A stretch of DNA of 64,000 nt from Ophelia neglecta (lineage: Eukaryota). The DNA lies in contig OZ260664.1 of the NCBI GenBank assembly GCA_965285935.1, positions 83,700,001 to 83,764,000 of the forward strand, read 5' to 3'. The notes beneath the pieces are model-generated. The model had not been told where the DNA came from. It saw nothing but the letters and a program-made list of their open reading frames with translations, and searched no databases. This document shows positions 12,157 through 26,129 of this stretch, piece by piece. Numbering within the stretch: the first letter of the stretch is position 1; every line of letters begins with the position of its first letter. A program made the position numbers and the translations under genes.

Positions 12157-13633
12157 CTGTTCTGACTTGGTTGACTTGAAGCTATCTGAGCGGTGTATTC
12201 CGTTCTGTGGGTTACTAATACTGGCCAGTATGTTCCTGGAGGTGAGACTGAGAGCCCGTGCCTGCTGTATCTGAGCCTGTATGTTAGACAGGCTCTCCAT
12301 GGACTCGGTCTCAGACATAGCCATCCTCATGGGGCCCCCTTTGGTCCAGGGCGAGGCTCCACTGGGAGATATGGTACTGAGCGGCCTGGAGGGTAGGTAG
12401 TCAGAGCTCATGTACCCGGCGGCTATACTGACATTGACGTAGGGGGAGGTGGGGCTGTACTCCCCGTCAGAGCGCACCCCGGCCGCCCGCCGAGCTGCCT
12501 CCTGCTTGCTGTAGGTGGCGTGAGGGTTGCTGATGATGGTACTGCCGATCAGCTGTCCGTCCGGACCCTTGGTTAGGTTCCCTCTGCTGCCAAACAGCCT
12601 CTCCTTCATGTCAGAGCTGTTACGTTTACGGTCCAGTGTGTTAGACTGGTACCCGTTCTGGAGAGGGACTCCAGCTTGAGTCTTGGAGCCTACAAGCCCT
12701 TTATTCCTCTCCAGGGTGCTGGCTCCATAGCTCTGAGGTCCCATGTCACTGCGGGTGTCCCGGGGGTAGGTCTGACTCCCGCTGGACGTCTTGGTCGGGG
12801 TCACCTTGTTATAGTTGCTCAGCCTCTCGCCTCTCATGGCCTCTGCCTCGGACAGCTTGCCGCTGGAGCCCTTGTGGCTGTTGGCGGAGGAAGGCCTCCT
12901 AAAGCCGTACCCTGTGGGCACGCCCGACCCCTTCTGTCCCTTACGCATCATGAGCACACTGTGGTCCGTGTTGGTCTCAGAATCCCGTTTTTTCTTGCCC
13001 TCAGGTTTTTCCTCGATGTCAGGAGAGTCCTGTAAGTCGGGGTCCTCTACTGCGATGGCGGTCCCCCCGTTGTTCCTGAGGGATCGCGAGCGCAGGTCGG
13101 TGATGGTGGCCTGGTTTGACTTCTTCTTGATGAAGGCGGCCCCTGAGAGTCCTGACTGGTGGTATCCCAGCCCCTTCAGGTCGTTCCTCTCCTTGGCGCT
13201 GACCGGGAGAGAGGCTCTCTCTAGTCCGCCTCTCTCAAACGAGCCTCCGCTCGAGTTACTGATGTCCTCTCCTATACAGTACTTCCTCCAGTTCTCTCCG
13301 AGGATGTTCTCCAGGCTCTCCTTGCCGGCGCTGGCAGGTCTCTCCCCCCCGCCACTCACCCGTTCAGGGTTTAGGTTTCTGCCGAGGATGGCGTTGGAGG
13401 TCTTTGGAGCATGGAGGAGGTTGGAGGTCCGGGTGGGGAGGCTCCGTGTGGTCAGGCTCGTGCCCGCGGTGCCGTTAGGGGCCCGCTTTAGGCTCCCGTA
13501 GGGGTTAGCGCGGTCCGAGCCATTCCCGCTCAGAGAAGACCCGAGCGACGACCCCGTCAGGCGCTCGTCTGTGCTGATGTCATTGATGGTGTCACTGATC
13601 TCCCCCGAACTGATCGAGCTCGAATCGTCAAAA
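12157..13633 (-). CDS. NAV2: Neuron navigator family (NAV/unc-53/sickie) large internal exon, Ser/Gly-rich region
   Basis: Translates FDDSSSISSGEISDTINDISTDE...IISNPHAT...SETESMESLSNIQAQIQQARA...KSTKSEQ. The DDSSS-SSG-SDT block is typical of navigators. Acceptor ttttggatctttcag|T (phase 2), donor CAG|gtctgt (phase 0), 1477 nt. The gene symbol is only family-level; invertebrates generally have a single NAV. Confidence 0.9.
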
Positions 13634-13659
13634 CTGAAAGATCCAAAAACAGACACTAA

Positions 13660-13895
13660 ATATACAACTCAAGTATTAAAAAAGGACAGGGGGAAAACAT
13701 ACACTTTATATATACAGCTCAAAGTACCTAAAAAGGACAGGGGTAGGGAGGGGAGAGGAACATACTTCACATATACAGCCAAAACTACCAAAAAAGGATG
13801 GAGGGGAAAACATACTTTATATATACAGCTTAAAGTACCAAAAATGGATAGCGTGGGGGAAATATATTTTATTTATACAGCTAAGAGTACCAAAT
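13660..13895. repeat. Degenerate ~60-bp tandem repeat abutting the acceptor of the large exon
   Basis: Recurrent atatacagct(c)aaagtacc..aaaaggacagggg, 4-5 copies. Confidence 0.75.
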
Positions 13896-15550
13896 ATTGA
13901 GGGAGGAGACAATTATCAAGAGGAGAATTAGACTTGTCCAAACAGAAACTACAGAGACATACATCAAATAATAAAAAATAAAAACAAAAACAATAAAATA
14001 ACATTTCTAAAAACTGAATAGCCAATGACAAATACTGACAGAAAACTCTGAATGTATAAACTTCATTCATTTACCTCATTAAACAGTGGCAATGGAGAAA
14101 GCTACACAAAAACTGATATATATATAAACACCACTGTCACGGAGTGCCTTCTGTCGATGAGTTTACAAACAGTGGTAGGCCGGTCATTAGGCTCTGAGCC
14201 TGTTGGTTTATGTACTCTGAACAGTAGGCTGCTGTCACTACAGTGCTTACAACCAACATTTACATATCTTAAGAGAAACATAGTTTTTCTTGTAAGTTTT
14301 GGTGCTTACACTTTGCAGTTCAAGGTTAAGTGCTTCTGGTGGTGTCATTGCTATGTTTGTATTGTGTTTTTTTTAAATAAAAAGTTCATTTGAGAGTAAC
14401 AGGTGTCATTCAGTAGAATCCCAGACATTTACCTTGTCTTATACACACAACTATTTCACCTATAGTCTTTATGCAAGGAGCACACCATCGCCCCTCCCGT
14501 CTGCTCCTCCCCACCGCTCCTCCCCATTGCCCCTCCCCACCCCTCCTCCCCATCACTCCACCCCACCGCCCCTCCCTACCGCTCCTCAACATGGGACTAA
14601 CTGATACCCCCAGTAGTAACAGATGACAAGGCATCCCCTGCTACCAAGATATAAATGATCTTGGAATGTGGGGGGTCGTTAAAATTCTTGAAACTTTTTA
14701 GACAACTTACCTGTTATTTTTGTGTATAAAATCTAATCAAAAGTCTGAATCATCCTTACCCTGAACAGGTAACAGTTCTAGATATTTATTTCACTGGCTC
14801 CGGCTATATATTTCATCAGCTACCACTTCTCCTTAACAATGACATACAACTTAACCAGGCAGAGAAAGTGGAGCTCTTAACAGCTGTCCTGTTTAAACCA
14901 CTGATAAATTATGATTTGTTAGCAGCCAAATCACTACAACATACAAGTTTGTTTTTTTTTTCTCCAGAATTTCTCTCCTAGCTTCAAGGGTGTTTCTGTT
15001 TAAATAATTATAGCTGGTGGTACATACAAGTGTTATAAGTGGGGCAGGGTGATAAGTGAGAGTTTGGGAGACAGGTCATTGCACAGATAAATCAAGCTAC
15101 AAGAACACATTAGTTTATCACCCCCATAAAACAATGTATTAGATAAACCAGGTGACTTGCAGGCCACAAAGGGATGAGGTTCTGGAGTGACGTAGACATG
15201 ATCTGGTCAGGCCATAGTAATGGTATTAGTTCCTACATTAACCACAAGGGGACACTTTATTAGTCCTTCTAAGGGTTGTCCCTTTCTTAATCTCTCCCAG
15301 ATGTCTGATAGTCACTTGATTCAAATTAATTCTTGCAGAGCTTTACCCTTAAATATCTGTCTCTCAAGATTGAAGAGGGATGCTCCGTCTTCACCAACTG
15401 TAACCCCCAACTACTACCCCCCCCCCTCCCATTTATGTTAAGTTTAACAGGATATAGACACACTAGTATGTGTCATCATTTATCATAGTTAAATGTAAGG
15501 AAATAGCTGGGGGGAGGAGGGGGAGGGGAGGGGGAGGGGAGAGAACCTAC

Positions 15551-15666
15551 CAGTAAGTATGAGGTCTGGGGGGTAGAACTCTTGCCTTAGGCTGGCACAC
15601 TGGCACAAACACCAACTGGTACTGGAAGTCTGACACAAACGTGGTCCCTTGGCACTCCATTGTCAT
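15551..15666 (-). CDS. Candidate alternative first exon (MTMECQGTTFVSDFQYQLVFVPVCQPKARVLPPRPHTY), phase 2
   Basis: ATG with an upstream in-frame TAG, 38 codons + 2 nt, donor CTG|gtaggt. Frame matches acceptor 13633. Confidence 0.4.
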
Positions 15667-18436
15667 GGAAACCTACTGTTAATAACCACAATAATCCTGG
15701 TAAATGATCCTCACAACGGTCTATTATCAGGTCAGTTTGAACCCTTAAACTGAACCTCCATATCCATATTAGCCTCAAGGGACAGATATCATTTATGTGG
15801 AGTCATCACTTCAAACATATCATATACAAGGAGGCACTCCTATTCACAGGTTTGCACTTCCTTCATAAAAAAAATGATATGATTCTCTTATCAATGTGCA
15901 CACACAAAGATGTACATTTAAAAAGTGTATCCTTTGGTATTAACAATAGCCAGCTATCTGCCATCCATTCAGCCCTATAGACCCGGTAAGTGACTACAAT
16001 GTTTTGACAGACGTCTGTTCTCAACCATATCAAAGTAATGACTTAGACTTCTCTCTCATGCACCTTCCATTTGTAACAGTCAATATCCAAAAACCGTAAT
16101 TAAAATCTGAGTAGTCAGTCCTCCCGGGACATTGTGAGGTGTATCTCTGGCCAGTCGCCTACACCTGTGTATACATGTTATTGTTTGTAGCTCTGTCCCT
16201 GGGGTAGCCCTGCAGGGAGGTCCTGTGAGAGCTGGTAGACTACTCCCCGAGTCCCTCAGGAGACAGTAGACTTGGTTAGGTTATCACTGGCCTGTCACCT
16301 ACCCCTGTGTAGGTTATTGTGTATAGCTCTGTCCATGGGGTGGCCTTGGAGGTCAGGGTTGAGGTCAAGTGCCCTGAGACCAGGTAGAGGGTACTCCAGT
16401 CCTTCAAGGGGACACAGCTACCCAGGGACTGTACTGAGGGCCACCACAGATGTCACAGATAAAGCCAGCCTCCAGATGGCAGCCAGATCTCACACCACAC
16501 TGGCTGATTCATGTTAATTTGTACATGTTTAATCATGCAGGTAGCCACATACTCTACGATATGACAAGTGAGCTTTTTGAAGACTACGCGTCACATGATA
16601 GAAAAAACAGTAGCCACTAAAACTGCAGCACTGAACCGGCTCTCGGCTAGAGCCATGCCAACCACAAAGCTACGGTACAGATATTGAACCCTCTAGCAGG
16701 CGGTACAGATATTGAACCCTCTAGCAGGCGGTCATACTATTGAACTGATAATCCAATACAACCAGCGGGTGACATTGAAATCCCATCCAGCACAAAGGCT
16801 GTATCTTTTATAAAATCACATTAGCCACTCTAGACGTGAGGGAAGTCACACTCAGATGGACATACCCCACACCACACTCCCTGGCAAGGTTAAGTCAAGA
16901 GTAAATCCAATCGAATTCTGGACACATTAGGTAGAAGTTGTGTTAGTGTGAGTTTTCGCTGGTTTAGGGTGTAAGCCATGGAGGTCCTATTGCTGTTGAG
17001 TCCTACCTCCCTGGCTTGCCTGCTGTCTTTCAATGATACTCTGACCATTCAGACACCTAGCTGTCTTATTTGTCAGTCATTATTTAGCCACACAGCCTTA
17101 TTCTCCTCTCACAATAACCTACAGACTCTGTTTTCCAGCACTAGAGCTGATATCTGCTATTTCACTTTCCTGTATATACACCTATTTATATGTGTCAGGT
17201 TCTATCCACACTAGCTAGGTCTGAGCAATGTGCCTAGTACCTGGGCCCGGCCCCACCACACACAATCGCCCTGGTCGGAGCTCCACATTCTGCTCACACA
17301 ATACAATGCCATACATACATTTGTATAGCCTGTGGTATGTGTCGGTCTCTCCTACATGTATATGTAGATTTCTGGATGTAGATGGTGAGCTGAATTCCTC
17401 AGTGAAGGCTCCCAGTGGGTTGATTAAGCTGGGCATGAGGTGCCTTTATCCTGGGGTGGTCCGGGGCCGCCTGGGCTGTCTGGCGGCCGCCTGAGTAGCC
17501 GCCTGGCTGGCCGCCTGGCTGACCAGAGATGACTTACAGCAGGGAGGCCAAGGCCTCTCCTAGGCTGTATGTAATAGAGTAGGCCCTAGCCACTACAAAG
17601 AGTTTATCTCAATCTTGTCCAGAGCAATCCATTGACAAGCCCGGTTTATGTCCTATTCTTTCTACACAGTCCGAGCAGTAAGCAGTGAGCAGGGAGAGTT
17701 GACCCCCAGCAGACACACACACAGAGGTAGCTAGGCAGCTCCCATACCCTATTGACATACTAGGCTGCTAGTCTAATAAAGGTATTGTCATTGTATTCTT
17801 GTCATTCTGACCTCAGGTCCTCGGAGGTGTCCTATAGTGTGTATAATATAAACCTGAAGCTGGTGCTAGCAGTCTGAATGTTAGTTCCTTGTGGCCTGTG
17901 TAGACCAGGGAGGCTGGTGCCTTGAAGTGAGGTGTGTGAACCCTCACACCAGGGACCCAGGAAGCCAGCGGCCAGCTAGCCTGGGGTCTCAGCACTCAGA
18001 CAGGAGCTCGCTGAGCTCACAGAGGAGCAGATCAGTCCGGACCTGACTACACACACACCCCAGCCACAGACACTAATACATCAGCCAGAGGCATACATCA
18101 TTGACACACCGCTGAAGCCACATGTTGGTACATTCCTCCAATGCCAATCATTTGTCTTATTCCACACACCCTCCAAACTGGCCTGATATATTACTGAGCT
18201 ACTAATCACAAGTTCTCAGCCTACAATTTCTCACTTAAAGCAAAATTGGGCAAACCTCAGATCTACCAGACCAAACATCCATGAAAAAAGCTAGCCCTGT
18301 ATATTAAAACAGTCTTTGAAGCATTTTTACCAGCCAACCAGTCTGCTGGGAGCCTTCACCTTCTTTACACCTCCTTACAGTTCTGACAGGTTATTGTGCC
18401 CTCAGGCGTTTGACAGGAGCCAATCACTGGCTTGTC

Positions 18437-18615
18437 TATGACCACCAGGCCCCACTCTACGACCACCAGCCCCCCCCCCCCACCCACGACAACCAGCCCC
18501 CCCCCCCCACGACCACCAGCCCCCCCATGACCACCAGGCCCCACTCTACGACCACCAGGCCCCACTCTACGACCACCCTGTATGACCACTAGGCCCCCCT
18601 CTTCAACCACCAGGC
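18437..18615. repeat. ~21-bp C-rich minisatellite (acgaccaccaggccccactct)
   Basis: Repeated gaccaccag units separated by C-runs. Confidence 0.8.
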
Positions 18616-18880
18616 CCTTGGCAGTCTACGTCGCTAGTCTACGATGATTGCTATGTTTACTCTTAGGGCTGTCGTCAAAATTCTCCTGTCAACTGGCTGC
18701 AATACATCTGTCCACATTGAGATCTCATTCCAGAGGCTCAGGGCAGATTTCTGACAGGAAACTTGACAAGAAACTGTAATATTGCCAAAAAGCTGCAACC
18801 ACCAGGCACAAATTAGTCTCAATTGCCTACAAAGAAAGGGTAGGACAAGCCAGCAAGTGTATGCTTTGAAGTGTGAATTG

Positions 18881-19224
18881 GAAAGTGGCCCTACATTGCA
18901 GGTGGCCCCCCATCGGAGGTACTGTAACATGGAAAAGATAGGACATGGGGATTCCAAAATGTCCTGCCATTGCAGGTGGCCTTCTTTGGAGGGGCCCTAC
19001 ATCACAGGCACCACTGCCATCACAGGTGGCCTTCATCGGAGGGGCCCTACATTTCAGGCACCACTGCCATCAGAGGTGGCCCTTCATCAGAGGGGCCCTA
19101 CACCACAGGGACCACTGTCCTGCCATTAGAGATGGCCCTTCATCGGAGGGGCCCTACATCACAGGCACCACTGCCATCAGAGATGGCCCTTCATCGGAGG
19201 GGCCCCACATTGCAGGGACCACTG
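18881..19224 (+). mobile_element. MITE (same family as 57321) with tandemly amplified right end
   Basis: Shares aacatggaaaagataggacatggg..aaatgtcctg with the 57321 copy, followed by about five ~50-bp units ending gcaccactg or ggaccactg. Confidence 0.7.
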
Positions 19225-22200
19225 TTATATAGTATAGGAGGACAGAAGCAGACCTTCATAGTAACCTTCTAGAAGTTACCCAACACTGCTTAGGTTAAAC
19301 TCACTACAGGAAAACAATGTAATACCTGATAAACCTATCTGAAAACCCCTGGCTGAGGCTCGGAGATAGGACAGTTTAAAGTTCCTCTTATGTAGGAGTC
19401 CCCCTCCGGGTGATGAGAGACTTGTGGGCTCGAGGTTACTCCTGGAGGTTACTCCCGGAGGTTACTCAACAAGCCAGCCTTTGGCCCCTCACACCTCCAA
19501 ATTGCTTGTCAAGTCTCTCAAGCCTCCAGCACACTTACTACAGACTACAGACTACAGACTGTGCCAGGCCATGTCAGAGCTGGTAACACAGAAACACAAC
19601 CACCACTCACTCCTATATCACCTCGTACCAGGGCTGTCAGCTGAGCTGGGGTAACTTATCACCTGAATGTGTTCCAGGCCAATTGAGCCCTTCAATAAGC
19701 CAGGGCACAATACCCAATAAACCCTTTAATGTGTTCACCTAATCTTGATTGTGTATTAACTTGACACCTTGTTTGATCCTATCCAATAGCAATTGGTTGT
19801 GCATTCAATCAGGCTTTTACAGGGTTCAAAAAACATGTGAGTAGTTTAAAGACAGAGGTAGATGTGTGTCAGTATGTATTGGTGTACTAACTCCATCAAG
19901 TCAGGGTCACCTCGCTGGTGCTGGTAGAGCCAGTCACATAATCCCAGTTCCTGTGACCTGAAACCACACTCAGATAAGGTAAACCACTGGAATGGCAGCT
20001 GGCCTTTTACAGGTCCTTAATTACCAGATGTACTTCCCACCCCAATGTGCTTTAATCATACATTAAAACTAAAGAGCTTGTATCCAGAAGCCTTCATTAT
20101 AGTTCCCAGCCACCTCACTGCCCTTAAGTCAAAAGGCAAATGACTTTAACCTTTTAAATGTGCCTTCAAAACAAAAAGTATCAACTCTGAAGGCTTGTTC
20201 ACCATTCATAAAAATACCTCATAAATAACTCAGTGCTTTGTGTGACTCACGCACTATTTTCTACGGGGCATATTTATTTCCAATCGTATGGTCCTGAACA
20301 TCACACACATCTTGTAGATATTCTGGTTAAACAATTTAAACATGTTAAATGGCTTCATTTAGTGTCTGGAGGCACGCTGGCACCTCTGTAAATAAAGCTG
20401 GCAGCCTCCACAGGGGCTGGCCGTGTTAGAAGTGCCCAGAGCTGTGTATATCAGGGCTGGGCCTCTACCCTCTACCACCCTGGACAGGGAGAACACAGTC
20501 CACCCTGGTGGGGAGAACAACAATCATGTCTGTGACAGGAGGCTGCCATCCCAGGCTACATCAAACACCAATTATTTCATTTAAACAGAATTCAGAAAAT
20601 GCCAGTGATGGTATCAGTCTATCTGGTAAGAGTTTGTAATCAGAGATGAAAGTCAGGACCTTGGTCATGGTGTTAGTGAGGAGGCATGCCAAACTCTGTA
20701 CATGTCTTACCAGTCTGGGAGCCTACTCAGCCTGCAGGCCCTCTGGTCTGAGTTGACTAACCTCTCATAACAGTGATGGCAGGCAGGCTACCCCTGCATG
20801 CCTCCATATAGCATTTGAAATTTACTTAAAAAAACACATTATTTTCATTGAATCAGGGGTACACCACCGGAAACAACATTGACGGAATTTTAGATAATTC
20901 TGTCAATCATTGTCGAACTGTGCTGATACAAGTCATATTTATCTTAATTTGCACCATGTTTTGCTGTATACAATAGTACCAAATAAGACCAGCTGTAGTA
21001 CATGTATTATTGAGTGACTCCATGCCCTTTAAGCCCCACTGTTTGGTAGTCTCCTGTGTAGTTGGCCCTTCCTAACCCCCCTGCATCCCCCCCCCTTCCC
21101 ATATAGACACACCCCTGCAGTAGTTAGGGACATGCTGTACAGTGTGGGACATCCTGTACAGTATACCCCAGGCTACCCCACTGAGATTGGTTCTAGCAGT
21201 CAAGCAGGCTACCCAGTGAGAAGGTAGGGTACCCCAGCAAGAAGGGTTCTAGCTAGGGGGTGAGAGCTGCCAGACATGGCTTACATAATGCTTACATTCT
21301 CTGAGAACTACTCAGGCAGAGAATCCTTCCACAAATCTCTCCCACCTAACTGGATTCAGAAGCAGGTATCATCACCTATGAAGATTTCTACCCTGATTCA
21401 TGAAAGCTGTCCCCTGGGTAGAAAATCTTCGGAGATTTGCTGTGAATTTTCGACTAGTTCCCAGTGAATTTAGGCCGGACTGTTTTAACTACTATGTCAG
21501 AAGTAAGCCTACATGTCACAGCATGCACCCCTTCAACATGCATGTTTCTTGAATGGTCTGTCCTTCTTTTAGCATGTTTTCTATTTCAGGGCCACATGAC
21601 ACTGGAAGGCACTAGCTCACATAACTTGTGGGGGTACTAGACCACATAACAAGTGTACTAGACCATGATAGGACTAACTCAATGTGCCCATCAACTCAAC
21701 TCAAGCTCAATATATTGGCGCCAGGACATATTGGTGCCAGTTAATCTGAGCTCAGGCTACACAGAGGTTAGACAATACCCGGGCCAGAGCCATCCTCAGA
21801 GCTTTGTCTTCTGGTCCAGAAGAATCATCATCTGCTGGGGCTAAAAATAAGTGTTTGATAGCATTCTTTGTACTGAAAATAAACAAAAATGAGCGAGTGC
21901 CACTGATCACTTCTGTGTAGTGTTAACAGGGGAGAGATACAACATATCTTGGCACTGACCCTCTAAACATCATGTGAATCGCTGGGCCATGGCTTGGTGG
22001 TACCACACTCGGCCATATCATCATAGAGGTCTCGGCTATAGGTATATCTCCTACATACACAGACTACAGAGAAGGGTGGTGTTCACACACACCCTGTTTA
22101 TTTGGAGTATTTCCTGGCTGTACAGTCCAGCTCAGTTCCATGATCAGCTCCTTCCTAACTTATTGTTTTCTTGAGAACCAGATACACCTGGAAACAACTA

Positions 22201-23707
22201 CACTGGTTCCTGATCTTCTACACAGACCAGATCTGATCAGCCACATCCCAGACTTGAGGAGCCCCAGACTCAAGGAGCCCCAGAGCCGAGAGCCATCCTG
22301 GGTACATAGAGTCTGTTAGCTAGTCTATCTCTATCTCTGGACATCTCCAGCTTCAGATCTCAGATCTCTCTGATCCCTTGTACTGTGCACATGTTAAAAT
22401 GTCTCAGGGGTTGTTTTGATGAAACGACTGTATTAGATTGTGGAAACTATATTTATTAGAAATGCATAAATTTCATCACATATACAATACCTGGTCTGTT
22501 TCTCTTATGGGGTAGATTCAGACCTCCAATACCATGTCTATAAATATCTCTTGTATAAAACATTTTTATGACTCTTAATACACATTTTCACTGCTGATTT
22601 TTATTTTCAATCCTGCGCTTTACAAATTTATATGCAATGCACAGGAAAAAGTATTTGCTCCCCAGAAGTGGGCGTGTTTGCCATCGGAGAGTATTAGCTG
22701 GTTGCCAGTATTTGGTCTGTTAGCCTGGGTAACTGTGGTTCTAATCCCACCTCATGTAAATATTGTATGAAGCCCCCCCCCAGGACAGCAGACCCTACAC
22801 TACAGGGATGGAGATTAGCATTCACACACTCACTTTGGCTAACACGTTTAGGGCAGGGCGTATGGGGTATCCACAATACAAGCCCTGAAGGCTAACTACA
22901 TTTGACAGGTCATTATCAATAAAACATCACAAATATTAGTAGTGAAAAATGGTGTTAACATTTTCCCACATATAAACAATAATTCTGGGCCTTTAAAGTT
23001 ACCAGAATGTTCCATTTCAAGGGCCAATTAAATTAAACCTACATGTATGAGAAGGCCAAAAAACTGGCATCAAGTACCCAGGCCTGGCCCTCTATTCCTA
23101 CTTCTAATGACTAACACAATATGGCCAGGGTTATTATTTTCCAGGTGTTGTTAGTCCAGTTGACTGAGGCTTTATTTTTGTTGATTTCCATGCCTGACAT
23201 TGGTCTGAGAGAGGTGGAAAAAGGTGGCTATAATTCTAACAGAGCCTGTCCACATTCCACTGTGTTACACACCTGGGCCCTAAACATGCCACTGTGATGT
23301 TCCAGTAGGCAGAGCAGCTCCAGGAAGTCAGAACTGGCTGTAAGATACTACTCAGGTAACGTACCGGGATCAGCCACGGCCTCCGTCTCTCTGCTCAGCA
23401 GCTCTGAGCTCAGAAGTATCTCAGCAGGTACTGACAAACCAGGCGAGTAGTGAGGCTTCAGAGAGAAACACAATACATATAAACCCTGCTACAGTGGGCA
23501 TTGGATGAATGGGAAAACAAACACTAGAGGATCGTAAAATAAACACTCAGGTGGGCTGACAAGTCTACATTGACAGCATGTATCCCAACTGAAGGATGTG
23601 GAACCAAAGGACGGGAACATGGCAAGTATTTACAACTCAATAGCTGAGCCTTAAGTCTTAGTACAGACTTACTATATACTCCATCCATCATCTCAGTCAT
23701 AGACATA

Positions 23708-23892
23708 CAGTGATACCTGTGTTTGTGGTCACCTGTGTAATAAGGTCACCTGTCCACTAAGGTCACTAATAGCCCAATCTAGCATTCTCACTGGGCTAGC
23801 CTATTCTAACTGACCTGCCTATTCAGGTCACCTACACAATGTGGTCAGGTGATTCCATACCCTTGACTGACCTGATTAGACAGGTTTCAGTG
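23708..23892. mobile_element. MITE with CAGTGA(T/A)ACCTGT TIRs and TA flanks
   Basis: TA|cagtgatacctgt ... acaggtttcagtg|TA, with internal ggtcacc subrepeats. Confidence 0.75.
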
Positions 23893-25435
23893 TAGTAACA
23901 TTGTTACTATGGTAACTTTGATCCAAGCTATGTATTGTTCCTGAGCTGTGATTTATAATGAAGATTAATAACAAGCCAGGACACTTGGTATCAGAGAGTA
24001 TGGGAACTGAAGGTAATCTGTTATCATGTCAGGCAGACGAAGCTGGACTTTAACATGGCAGACATCACAAGGTCGTAGTTTCAACACCCGTACTACTTGT
24101 TGATTTAGACAGATCACTTGTACGCCGTTCCTTGCCAGATGGAATGTGCTAAAGTGAGGAATGACTTATACAATTGACACCCTGAAATCCTGAGGTTTGC
24201 CAGAAACTGGTAAATGTATGATTCTGTGTAAGTGATCAGAGGGAGGGCACAATCAAGGGCTGCTACACGGCAGGGGATTCTTAAAAAATAAGGAAAAAAA
24301 AACAACCACCTTGGTGGCAAGTTCCGCTGTCAAGTCCGAGGGGTACCAAATCACGTGGCATGGCATTTGTCACATATCTGGATAAAAGAACAATGTCTTG
24401 CTGGCAATCTGTGGTGTCAAATCATGGTGGCAAGTCACAGAGGAGGGGCTGTGAATGGATGAGGCTAGGAATACAAGAAATAGCCATGTAATAGCCATAT
24501 ATAAAGGACATACCAGAGGAAAACTGAAGAATTGAGAATGTCATTAGGGAATTTCATACTTGACCCTGATCATTATGGAATACAAAATCGTCATTGCCAG
24601 ATAAGATTTAAACATTTAAGGGATTATACCACTTTGTCAATTTCCAATTGGCCTATTTCATCATGTTTAAGAGGGCTCTATACAACATGACAGCAGTGAG
24701 GGAGTTCTATACATCAGGACAGTAGCTGTATTTGGTAAAACTACATGGTGTTAGTCGTGTACTTGCCTTCAGTCATGTACACACTGGCAGGTGGGTGATG
24801 TCGTCAGAGAGCTAAACACAGGGGGTGAAAAGTCCCCTTCAAGGGGTCAGACTTCAATACCCAGGCTATCACAACACTACCTCCCAAATAGGGTAAAGCT
24901 GGCTCCAGGACAACTTCCCCTGCCAAGGGCTGCTCATTTACATGTCAACATCCTGGTGTGCCTGGGGCACTACTACACCAAACTCTTCAGGGGATCACCC
25001 CAGATCTTAAAAACTCAGCATCTATTGTGATTTGAGGTCAATTAATCAAGGTATTATCTGGCAAAAACTAAACCCTTTCCAATTTTATATTGTTCCGGTT
25101 TTAATGCCAGTTTTCATGCCGGTTTTCATGCCGGTTTTCATGCCCTCGACTTGTTGATTTTTTTCCTTTCTTTGCCAATTAAAAGTTCACAACAACAGTA
25201 ATTGTTTTGCGTGTAATATTTTTATGATTTACAATCCTCTGAACCAGGCAAGTCGAACAGAAAGTGGAGCACACTCTAGGACACTAAGGTTAAACTCACT
25301 TTTAAGGAGGTATGCATGTTAATAGAGGGTGATCCTTCTTGATGAAATCAAATTGCTTTTAAATTAGCTGGAGATAGCATATTTATTTTTTATATATCTT
25401 TAGAGGAAGTTCATGGCCAGGGGTGTGTATTTAAC

Positions 25436-25567
25436 TGGTGATTAGTATGAGTGTGTTGATGGGAGGGAGAGGGAGTGGGGTGGGTAGGGGGTAGGGGGGG
25501 GGGTTGATATGGTGATTAGTATGAGTGTGTGGATGGGAGGGAGAGGGAGTGGGGTGGGTAGGGGGTG
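25436..25567. repeat. 74-bp G-rich tandem duplication
   Basis: tggtgattagtatgagtgtg..gggagggagagggagtggggtgggtagggggt occurs at 25436 and 25510. Confidence 0.85.
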
Positions 25568-26129
25568 GAGGTTGCTAAAGCTTAATCTAATAAGACAAGC
25601 AGACCATTTGACTTAGAGATAACTCAAGGGACAAATAAACAATACAGTGGGACCCTTGGCTTGTTATATAAACATTAAATCCTGGACTATGCTTGACTGG
25701 GGATTGATGCTTCTGGCCTGAGACTTCCTGATGATTTCGGAGTATTAAAACGGACTAATCCTGATTACTGACTTTGCTTTGTCTACCAGATATTCAATCA
25801 TGTTTGTTTTCTATATCTCCTCTGATCACTAAATGCTATGTGAATCAATGTCATTTGAAATGAAAAGAAGAAAAGTAGTTGTCATGGGGATGATGGCATT
25901 GTGCAACCATCAACAAGACAGCCTGCCAACATAATAAAAATTCCTTCTTTAAAAAGGATTATAAGTAAAAATTGGGCGGCTTTTAAAAGAACAAGAATCA
26001 TACCAGAATATACTATACCATAAGGATAATCATACCAACGGCTATGTACTATACCAAAGGATAATCATATAAGATGATCAGCCTTTTAATAAGACTTGTA
26101 GTTATAAAGCTGTGTGACTTAGAGCTTAC

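Noticed and set aside
12193-13501. Plus-strand ORFs (67, 119 and 228 aa) opposite the large exon
   Set aside because: Antisense shadows of a GC-rich coding exon.
14706-14760. Perfect CAG|GTAAGT donor as a coding first exon
   Set aside because: An in-frame TGA lies nine codons upstream with no ATG; at most a non-coding exon.
22693-22760. tRNA gene (A/B-box-like TAGCTGGTTG ... GGTTCTAATCC)
   Set aside because: No cloverleaf can be folded; at best a decayed SINE head.
25070-25293. piggyBac-like TTAA MITE
   Set aside because: The ends match only loosely (taaaccct versus aaggttaa); insufficient TIR support.
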